From NCBI GenBank assembly GCA_015163875.1, contig JAAOIH010000004.1, forward strand, positions 11,984 through 75,983: 64,000 nucleotides of DNA, written 5' to 3'. The number at the start of each line of letters is the position of its first letter. The first letter of the stretch is position 1. Positions 56,813-64,000 of the stretch are shown one piece after another. The notes under the pieces are model-generated. The model was not told the DNA's origin. It ran no database searches and saw only the letters and a list, made by a program, of their open reading frames with translations. A program made the translations under genes and the position numbers. The stretch comes from Bdellovibrionales bacterium (GTDB lineage Bacteria; Bdellovibrionota; Bdellovibrionia; Bdellovibrionales; UBA1609).

Positions 56813-57820
56813 TTATTTTTTTTTTTTTATTTTTTTATCTTTCTTTTTTAAAGTTCCCTCTAAATCTAACTTAGTGCTTAAAATCATTTTTCTTATTTTG
56901 TCGTAAGCGCTGTCTTTAACCTCTACTAATTTGTCCATATCATAAAGTTCTTTTAAAGCTTTGTGTCCTTTTTTTGTTTTTTGAAAATCTAGTAAAGCTT
57001 GTTTTATTAATTGTTTTACTTTTTTATTTTTTACTTTATCTTTATAAAGATTAGTCCTTAACATCCACGGTTCATTAGGTATTCCCTCTGATATAGCTAA
57101 AACTTTTATTTTTTTTCCAACATCTGGAAACTGTGTGATAACTCTTGCCCTTGCGTCTCTTAAAATTTTTACTTTTTTTCCATTTACTATTTTTGTTATT
57201 GGCTCATCATAATATGTAGACCCAGCATTTACTTGTTTTTGATAAACCATAGTAACTACATTGTCGTGTTTTTGTGCAAATACATGTGACTTTAATTTTA
57301 TTCCTGCTTTTTGTAGCATATTAAACGGAACAATATATCCAGATGTTGAAGCTGGGTCAGAAAACGCAAATCTTTTTCCATTTAAATCTTTTAAAGTTTT
57401 AATTCCACTGTCTGCCCTTACAATAATTTGTGAATAATAAGTTCTTTTTCCATTTGATCTTTCAACTGTTAAAATAGCTTCGACAGGATATTTTTTAACA
57501 TTTTTTGTTAAAATATATCCAAAGGTATTAAAAATAGCAAAATCTGCTCGATTTGTTCCAAAAGCTTCTACAATAGCTATGTAACTTGAAGGTATTGATC
57601 CTTTTACATAAAAACCAGTTGGCTTATTGTATAATGCCTTAGACACATATTTTGAAACATAATCTACAACTTTATCTGTCGCCAAAGAAATAGTTCTGGC
57701 GTCAATTGCAGGAACAAAATACATAGTAAATGGCCTGTTTTTTGAACCAACGGGAGGCTCTGTACATGCAATTAAATTAGCAAAAATTAGTATGTAAAAA
57801 ACAGATAATAATTTTGTCAT
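56813..57820 (-). CDS. phnD: phosphonate/phosphite ABC transporter substrate-binding protein
   Basis: Lipoprotein-like signal (...LIAC), then FAFSDPASTSGYIVP typical of PhnD. Lies next to phnC and phnE. Confidence 0.85.
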   Translation of the reverse strand: MTKLLSVFYILIFANLIACTEPPVGSKNRPFTMYFVPAIDARTISLATDKVVDYVSKYVSKALYNKPTGFYVKGSIPSSYIAIVEAFGTNRADFAIFNTFGYILTKNVKKYPVEAILTVERSNGKRTYYSQIIVRADSGIKTLKDLNGKRFAFSDPASTSGYIVPFNMLQKAGIKLKSHVFAQKHDNVVTMVYQKQVNAGSTYYDEPITKIVNGKKVKILRDARARVITQFPDVGKKIKVLAISEGIPNEPWMLRTNLYKDKVKNKKVKQLIKQALLDFQKTKKGHKALKELYDMDKLVEVKDSAYDKIRKMILSTKLDLEGTLKKKDKKIKKKK

Positions 57821-57959
57821 AATTTCCTTATATTGTTTTAAGTATTAAGTACAATAATGGTGATTGTTTTGCAAAGAATAAAATTAATTACTTAAGGCTT
57901 AAATAATGGACATTTCTTAAAGTAAGCTTTATTCTATAGTTTCTTAAGTAGAGGTAACT

Positions 57960-59603
57960 ATGATTAAGCCTTTAGGCATACAAAAAAAATTAAATATTGA
58001 TGACCTGATAATTGACGAATCTCAATTTTCTGGCGAAGAAGACATTCCATTAGATGTTGTTTTTGTAGGGGCAGGCCCTGCAGGGCTATCTGGAGCTATT
58101 AAATTGGCTCAATTATCAAAAAAAGAAAATTTAAATTTAGAAATTGGAGTATTAGAAAAAGCTTCTGAACTTGGTGGACATAGTTTATCTGGTGCAGTTA
58201 TTAATCCTAAAGCTTTTTTAGAGTTATTTAATGAAAAAAAAATAGAAGACTTTCCTTTTAAAAATAAAATAACAAAAGAAAAAGTACTTTTTTTAACTAA
58301 AAATAATTCATTTAGACTTCCGACACCTCCGACAATGCACAACAAAGGAAATTACACAGCCTCATTATGTGAAATTGTTAAATTTTTAGGAAAAGAGGCA
58401 GAAAATTTAGGTATTAATATTTTTACAGGATTTCCAGCAAAAAATTTATTATTAAATGGAAATAAAATAACAGGAGTTCGAACAACTCCTAGCGGTTTAA
58501 ATCGAGATTCAAGTAAGGGCCCTCAGCACACAGCATCTGTAAATATTAAAGCAAAAATTACTGTTTTATGTGAAGGTAGTCGTGGACCACTTGCTCAATC
58601 TTACATACAAAAAGAAAGTTTAACTGGAAGGTCTCAACAAATTTATGCTCTAGGTGTTAAAGAATTGTGGCAGGTTCCTAAAAATTTAGATCATATTGTT
58701 CATACTTTAGCATGGCCATTAGATTCTTCTGATTTTGGAGGTTCTTGGATATACCCAATGGGAGAAAACAAAGTTTCTATTGGCTTAGTTATCGGGTTAG
58801 ATTATAAAAAACATTCTGTTGATGTTCATACAAAATTACAACACTTAAAACAACACCCAGTTTTTAAAAAGATTTTAAAGGGCGGAAAAATTTTAGAATG
58901 GGGAGCTAAAACTATACCCGAAGGTGGTTGGGACGCACTACCTACTAAGTTATATGGTGATAATATTTTAATTGCAGGCGATGCAGCAGGCTTTGTAAAT
59001 GTTCCAGCCCTTAAGGGAATTCATTATTCTATGTATTCTGGTATTTTTGCAGCCCAAAGTGCTTTTGAGGCTTTAAAAAAAGAAGATTGTTCAAAAAATC
59101 AGCTGTCCTCTTACCAAGAAATGATTAATAATAGTTTTATAAAAAAAGATTTAACAAGTGTAAAAGAAATCAGACCTAGTTTTAAAAAAGGATTTATTAT
59201 TGGAGGTATTAAAGCCGGTTTATTAAGTTTAAAACTTAATGCACTAGTTTTTAAAAACCCTCCAGTTAAAGAAGATGCAGAAGAGGTAAAAAGTTCTGAC
59301 TCTGATCCAGAAACACTCCCCGTTAATCCTGATATTAATATTTTAAGCAAAGTTGATGGAGTTTATTTATCTGGAAACAAAACAAGAGACGATATACCTT
59401 GTCATTTAAATAGCGAAAAAGATATAGATAAAAAAACTGCAGAATTTTACGCTGCACTTTGCCCTGCTGGAGTTTATGAATGGCAGGATAATAAATTAGT
59501 AATTAATTCTCCTAATTGTATAGACTGTAAAGCAACAGATGTGCTTGGCCCAAGGTGGGAAGCAAGAGAAGGTGGAAGTGGCCCTAACTATAAAGAAATG
59601 TAA
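57960..59603 (+). CDS. electron-transfer flavoprotein:ubiquinone oxidoreductase
   Basis: FAD fold DVVFVGAGPAGLS, and a C-terminal 4Fe-4S region CPAGVYEW...NCIDCKATD...EGGSGPNYKEM. Confidence 0.9.
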   Translation: MIKPLGIQKKLNIDDLIIDESQFSGEEDIPLDVVFVGAGPAGLSGAIKLAQLSKKENLNLEIGVLEKASELGGHSLSGAVINPKAFLELFNEKKIEDFPFKNKITKEKVLFLTKNNSFRLPTPPTMHNKGNYTASLCEIVKFLGKEAENLGINIFTGFPAKNLLLNGNKITGVRTTPSGLNRDSSKGPQHTASVNIKAKITVLCEGSRGPLAQSYIQKESLTGRSQQIYALGVKELWQVPKNLDHIVHTLAWPLDSSDFGGSWIYPMGENKVSIGLVIGLDYKKHSVDVHTKLQHLKQHPVFKKILKGGKILEWGAKTIPEGGWDALPTKLYGDNILIAGDAAGFVNVPALKGIHYSMYSGIFAAQSAFEALKKEDCSKNQLSSYQEMINNSFIKKDLTSVKEIRPSFKKGFIIGGIKAGLLSLKLNALVFKNPPVKEDAEEVKSSDSDPETLPVNPDINILSKVDGVYLSGNKTRDDIPCHLNSEKDIDKKTAEFYAALCPAGVYEWQDNKLVINSPNCIDCKATDVLGPRWEAREGGSGPNYKEM

Positions 59604-59631
59604 AAAAATATTTGCTACTTAAAGGATAAAA

Positions 59632-61197
59632 ATGATTGAATATACTACAATTGGCTTAGGCTCTGGTTTATTTTTTTTCTTTTTTGTTAATTTTTTAAAA
59701 AATAAAAAAACTTTTTTTAAAGCTCATGGGCAGGCAAAAAATATTATTTTACAATGCGAAAGAGAAAATGAATCTAACTTAAAAAAATTAAAAGAAAGAG
59801 AAGAAATATACATACAAGAAAATAAAAGTATTTTGTTAAGAAAAAAAAATCGACTAGAAAATAAAAAACAACAATCAAAATCTTACTTAAAAAGACAAGA
59901 GCGTTTTTATTCTGAAAAAATAACAAACAAAACAAAAATATTTGAAAAAATTAATACTATTGTTGTCAAATTTAAATCAGACATACTAAATAAAGAAAAA
60001 GAATTATCAGAGCTTAAAAACAATAACAAGTTACAAAGATCTAAATTAAAAACAAGTCTAGAAAATTATTCACAATCTAATATTATTGATATCACAGATC
60101 ACTTAAAAGAAAAAAGAAAAAACCAGCTAGAGCAAAATGCAAAAATACATAGCAAAGAGCTGATAGAAAGTTTTAATGTTACTGCAGAAAAAAAAGCAAA
60201 AAATATTTTACACAACAGCTTAAATCGCTTTACTATGCCTTATTGCCCTCATAGAGGAATTGGAATTATTAGCTTTAACAGCGAAGAGCATTTTAGTTTT
60301 TTTTGCGAAACTCATTCTAGTTTGTTTCCTAAAATTGAAACTATTTGCGAACTTACTATTAAAATTTCAGAGCAAACTGTTGAAGTTTTAACAAGAGACC
60401 CTATGAGAAGAAAATGGGCAAGTGATTTTTTAGAAAAAATTCTTTTTTACAAAAAACCTCTTAAAGAAGGTCAAATGGAAGAAATTTTAGATAAACAAAA
60501 AAATTATTTATTAAAGACAATTCAAAATGACGGAAAAAAAGCTTTTCAAAAACTTGATCTTAAACCTCTTCACAATAATGTCTTAAATGTTTTTGGTACT
60601 CTACAATATCGTTACTCTTTTACACAAAACCAATATGGTCACTGCCTAGAGGTTGGATTTTTATGCGGCTTGCTTGCTTCAGAAATAAACGCAGAGGTAA
60701 AAAAATATAGATTATCTGGGCTGCTGCATGACTTAGGAAAGGCTATCGACCATAACAAGCAAGGCGGTCATGCAGTAATTGGTGCCGATCTTTTAGAAAA
60801 ACATAATGTAGATGAAGATATTGTTTATGCAATTAGGTCTCATCATCATGATACACCTCCAAAAAGTAGTTTAGATTTTTTAGTTATTGCAGCAGATGCT
60901 TTGTCTGGGGCAAGACCTGGGGCAAGAAGGTCAACTGCAAATAGTTATAATCAAAAAATGGATCAGCTATATGAAATTGGAAATAGCTTTCAAGAAATTA
61001 ACCAAACATTTGTTTTAAATGCAGGCAGAGAGTTAAGAGTTTTTGTAGATAGCAAAAGAGTTTCTGACAAACGTATTTTAGAATTACACAAAGAGCTTAT
61101 TGAAAAAGTAGAAACAGAATGTAAATATCCTCATCAAATAAAAATAATAATTATCAGAAAGAGCTCTGCAATACAAAAAACAGGAAGGGCTAGTTAG
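59632..61197 (+). CDS. rny: ribonuclease Y
   Basis: N-terminal TM helix, Lys/Glu coiled coil, KH region, and HD domain (GHCLEV...[13 protein letters not shown]...HH). Confidence 0.9.
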   Translation: MIEYTTIGLGSGLFFFFFVNFLKNKKTFFKAHGQAKNIILQCERENESNLKKLKEREEIYIQENKSILLRKKNRLENKKQQSKSYLKRQERFYSEKITNKTKIFEKINTIVVKFKSDILNKEKELSELKNNNKLQRSKLKTSLENYSQSNIIDITDHLKEKRKNQLEQNAKIHSKELIESFNVTAEKKAKNILHNSLNRFTMPYCPHRGIGIISFNSEEHFSFFCETHSSLFPKIETICELTIKISEQTVEVLTRDPMRRKWASDFLEKILFYKKPLKEGQMEEILDKQKNYLLKTIQNDGKKAFQKLDLKPLHNNVLNVFGTLQYRYSFTQNQYGHCLEVGFLCGLLASEINAEVKKYRLSGLLHDLGKAIDHNKQGGHAVIGADLLEKHNVDEDIVYAIRSHHHDTPPKSSLDFLVIAADALSGARPGARRSTANSYNQKMDQLYEIGNSFQEINQTFVLNAGRELRVFVDSKRVSDKRILELHKELIEKVETECKYPHQIKIIIIRKSSAIQKTGRAS

Positions 61198-61465
61198 AGC
61201 TAGGTTTTTTAACTGCTTTAGACCGGCTGCCGTATTTTTTGCGGAAGCGTTCTGCCCTACCCTCTGTATCTAATAAACGATTTTGACCAGTATAAAATGG
61301 ATGAGATTGACTAGAAACTTCTATTTTTACTAAAGGATACTCTTTGCCGTCTTCCCATTTTATAGTGTCAGTAGTCTTTACTGTTGATTTAGTTAAATAA
61401 CTAAAGTCACAAGATACATCTTTAAAAACTACAAAGCGATTATCAGGATGGATAGATTTTTTCAT
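61190..61465 (-). CDS. rpmE2: 50S ribosomal protein L31, type B (non-zinc form)
   Basis: MKKSIHPD...HPFYTG...RFRKKYG with a single Cys and no CxxC pairs. Confidence 0.9.
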   Translation of the reverse strand: MKKSIHPDNRFVVFKDVSCDFSYLTKSTVKTTDTIKWEDGKEYPLVKIEVSSQSHPFYTGQNRLLDTEGRAERFRKKYGSRSKAVKKPSSN

Positions 61466-61495
61466 AAAGCCCTTAATTAATATTACTTACAAAAT

Positions 61496-61523
61496 TTTAC
61501 TTATAAAAATTTACTTATAAAAA
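61496..61523. repeat. 14-bp direct repeat x2 (TTTACTTATAAAAA) with degenerate flanking copies
   Basis: Read directly from the sequence, 30-60 bp upstream of the rpmE2 start. Confidence 0.7.
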
Positions 61524-61640
61524 TTTGATATTTGTTTGTAAATACACACTACAAAACCTTTCTAGAAAAATAAAGCATATTTTTTTAAACTACGCAAGCT
61601 TGTTTAGGTGCAAAAGACAAGAATATCTATAGATTTTTTA

Positions 61641-64000
61641 TTAGCCGCGATATTCTTCTTCAGAAAAGTCATCTACTTGAATACAGTCCCATCTCATTTG
61701 GTGAACCTCTAAAAGCTGATTATGTTCACTTTGAGTTATCAAGTTAAGCTCTAATGCTTGTTTTAATCTAAGGTTCATTTTTAATTTTGGAATTTTATTT
61801 TTTTTACATAATGTTGTAAATTTTTTCTCTAATATTGCAGACTCATTAGTTTTTTTAAAAGCTTGGCTTTGTTTAAAAAAATGATCTTCTTTATTTTTAG
61901 ATAAAAAAATACCATCAAACAAAGAGTCTCTAAAATCAGAATCATTTAATATATCTTTTGCAGCTTTATGAGAAAGGCTGTCTGAAGATGGAACTCCTAT
62001 TATATTAAGTGCCGACCAATATTGAATAACTCTTGTAAAAAACCATCCCAATAATGGAACTTTAAAATTAACAAAAATACCATCAAAAGATTTTTGAATA
62101 TCATAAAAAATTTGGTTTAAACTATTTTTTACAATAACTAATTCTTCTTTTTTATAATTACTGTGTGAATATTTATGAAAAATTGCAGCTGCGGTATACA
62201 GGTTATATAAAATATCTGCAAACCTCCCCGTCATTTTTTCTTTGCGTTTTAATCCGGCTCCCATTAATCCCATAGCTACATCAGACATTAATGAAAACAC
62301 ACTTGTGGCCCACATAAATTTTTGAACATATCTTTTTAATCCTGGTACTGGATTTTGTTGGTAAAAATATCCTCTACTAATACTTAAAATAAAAGTTCTA
62401 CAAATATTTATAAAAATATGTCCTAAGTGAGAAAAAAAAGCTTTGTCAAATTTTTTAACATCACCTTCTTGTAAAGACTGCATTTCAAGAAGTGCATAAG
62501 GGTGGGCCCTAAATACACCTTGTCCAAAAATAATTAAAGTACGAGTTAAAATATTAGCTCCCTCTACTGTAATTCCTATTGGAACTGACATATAAGGAAT
62601 GGCTAAATTATTTTTGCTTCCCATAGAAATACCACTTCCTCCTAAAATATCCATTGCATCTTTATAAGAATCTCTTGCCCATTCGGTTGTAGAATATTTT
62701 GCCATTGCAGTAACTACTGGTGGTTTTAAATTTTGATCCAACGCGCTCAATGTGTAAGACCTTACAGCTTCTGCTTTATAACAAACGCCACTCATTCTAG
62801 CTAAAACTTCTTCTACTCCTTCAAAATTACCAATAGGCATGCCGAACTGCCTTCTAATTAATGAGTGGTTAGAGCTAAATTTTGTTGCTAATTTTGCTCC
62901 ACCAGCACTAAGTGCAACCAAAGAAATACCCCTTCCAACAGACAGGCATTCCATTAACATCATCCAACCTTTGCCTGACATTTTAAGTCCGCCAATAATG
63001 CTATCTTCGGCAGCAACAACAACATCATTTCCTTGAATTGGACAATTATGAAATGGCAATGACATTGGATCATGGCGGCGACCTAGCACAACACCTTTGC
63101 TGTTTGAGGGGATTAAAGCACAAGTAATTCCTAAATCTTTTTTATCTCCTAATAAATTTTCAGGATCTTTTAAGCGAAAAGCTAATCCAATTACTGTAGA
63201 AATACTTGCTAATGTAATCCACCTTTTATTCCAGTTTAAACGAATTTTAATAACTCCGTCTTCTTTAAACAAAACTCCTTCTGAAGAAATAGCACCTGCA
63301 TCACTTCCAGCCCCTGGTTCTGTTAATCCAAAACAAGGTAACTCTTCTCCTTTTGCTAATCTGGGAAGATAATAATCTTTTTGTTTTTGTGTTCCATAAT
63401 GAATTAATAATTCTGCTGGTCCAAGAGAGTTTGGAACCATAACTGTAATTCCTGCAACAGTTGACCTTGAAGCTATTTTTTGAATCACAGCACTATGTGC
63501 CGCTGCAGAAAATTCTAAACCATCATATTTTTTAGGTATAATCATTCCTAAAAATTTTTTATCTTTTATAAATTGTAAAACATCTGTTCCTAAATCTCTT
63601 TTTTTCCAAATTTCCCAGTCATTTATTTTTTCACATAGTTCTTGTACTGGGCCGTCTAAAAATTCTTTTTCTTCTTTGCTTAAAGTTGCTGGTTTTTGTT
63701 CTAAGATTTTTTTTATATTTGGCTTGGAAGAAAAAAATTCTGTTTCAATCCAAGTTTGTCCAGCTTCTAAAGCTTCTCTTTCTGTTTCAGAAATATCTGG
63801 AATAACTCCAAGTTTTTTTAATAACATAAAAACTAATGGAGATATAATTCTAGACCTTACAAATGGAACAAATAATAAAATTATTACAGCAATTCCTACA
63901 GCAAAACATAACCAAGAGTTACTCCACAATGAAATTTGAAGTAATAAAAAAATAAACCAAAAAACAGATGGCAAAGAAAAATAAGCAGCAAATAAAATAA
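61641..64000 (-). CDS. fadE: large acyl-CoA dehydrogenase FadE, 5' end runs off the window
   Basis: Collinear with my recollection of E. coli FadE (EKEALEAGQTW, FLDGPV, NSLGPAELL, PRLAKGEELPCFGLTEPGAGSDA, ECLSVGRGISL, TVEGANILTR). The reading frame remains open upstream of the TTG at 63974. Confidence 0.9.
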   Translation of the reverse strand, partial: ILFAAYFSLPSVFWFIFLLLQISLWSNSWLCFAVGIAVIILLFVPFVRSRIISPLVFMLLKKLGVIPDISETEREALEAGQTWIETEFFSSKPNIKKILEQKPATLSKEEKEFLDGPVQELCEKINDWEIWKKRDLGTDVLQFIKDKKFLGMIIPKKYDGLEFSAAAHSAVIQKIASRSTVAGITVMVPNSLGPAELLIHYGTQKQKDYYLPRLAKGEELPCFGLTEPGAGSDAGAISSEGVLFKEDGVIKIRLNWNKRWITLASISTVIGLAFRLKDPENLLGDKKDLGITCALIPSNSKGVVLGRRHDPMSLPFHNCPIQGNDVVVAAEDSIIGGLKMSGKGWMMLMECLSVGRGISLVALSAGGAKLATKFSSNHSLIRRQFGMPIGNFEGVEEVLARMSGVCYKAEAVRSYTLSALDQNLKPPVVTAMAKYSTTEWARDSYKDAMDILGGSGISMGSKNNLAIPYMSVPIGITVEGANILTRTLIIFGQGVFRAHPYALLEMQSLQEGDVKKFDKAFFSHLGHIFINICRTFILSISRGYFYQQNPVPGLKRYVQKFMWATSVFSLMSDVAMGLMGAGLKRKEKMTGRFADILYNLYTAAAIFHKYSHSNYKKEELVIVKNSLNQIFYDIQKSFDGIFVNFKVPLLGWFFTRVIQYWSALNIIGVPSSDSLSHKAAKDILNDSDFRDSLFDGIFLSKNKEDHFFKQSQAFKKTNESAILEKKFTTLCKKNKIPKLKMNLRLKQALELNLITQSEHNQLLEVHQMRWDCIQVDDFSEEEYRG

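Noticed and set aside
56816-56828. T13 homopolymer as a possible phase-variation switch
   Set aside because: It lies at the extreme 3' end of phnD and encodes the terminal KKKK. Slippage would alter only a few tail residues, and long A/T runs are common throughout this AT-rich sequence.
61482-61530. Looked for a Zur box upstream of the type-B L31 gene
   Set aside because: I found only a 14-bp direct repeat (TTTACTTATAAAAA x2) and no inverted repeat resembling GAAATGTTATAWTATAACATTTC. It may simply be duplicated -10-like promoter sequence.

Overview
This is an AT-rich chromosomal segment (roughly 30% GC by eye, not computed) from a diderm bacterium, with about 60 tightly packed genes and 3 tRNAs. 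All calls come from reading motifs in the supplied translations. No BLAST or HMM search was possible.

Most of the window is housekeeping:
- Nucleotide and cofactor metabolism: pyrE, hpt, folD, birA, a NifS/IscS-type cysteine desulfurase, RidA.
- Cell wall and shape: a PBP4 (dacB-like) gene fused to a tRNA-Leu, a PpiD-like chaperone, and the elongasome operon mreC-mreD-mrdA-rodA.
- Competence: dprA and a ComEC homologue split into two ORFs.
- Envelope biogenesis: two unlinked LptF/G-family permeases and a LolC/E permease.
- A shortened dcw cluster, rsmH-ftsL-ftsI-murE-murF, that runs straight into lpxC, followed by ald.
- Central metabolism: a minus-strand block of an unknown exported protein, lipB, icd, citrate synthase and nth.
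- Transport: doxX-thiB-thiP and phnDCE.
- Others: trxA, ETF-ubiquinone oxidoreductase, RNase Y, type-B L31, and a 5'-truncated fadE.

The accessory-looking part is 27.1-38.8 kb, an atypical split Tad/Flp-like pilus locus.
- One module holds the pilin, pseudopilins and a CpaB-like protein.
- The other holds a pseudo-receiver histidine kinase, the CpaC secretin and the CpaF ATPase.
- No tadB/tadC, prepilin peptidase or tadZ lies in the window.
- The two modules are separated by an amidohydrolase gene and a 930-aa secreted low-complexity protein. That protein carries about 178 aa of GGFPGGGG(N)FGGGL repeats, a Gln-rich block and (FNGG)4, and forms a GC-rich patch in the AT-rich DNA. It is my top candidate for something undescribed.

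Other oddities:
- An 826-aa protein combining a receiver, a PATAN/DUF4388-like region, a J-domain and a TM helix.
- An acidic-repeat exported protein.
- A possible sigma-54 promoter in front of a porin gene.

No rRNA, CRISPR array, transposase, integrase or prophage genes were seen. The gene content (LpxC, Lpt and Lol together with RNase Y, a PASTA-bearing FtsI, Tad genes and low GC) suggests a Bdellovibrionota/Oligoflexia-like lineage. That placement is inference only.
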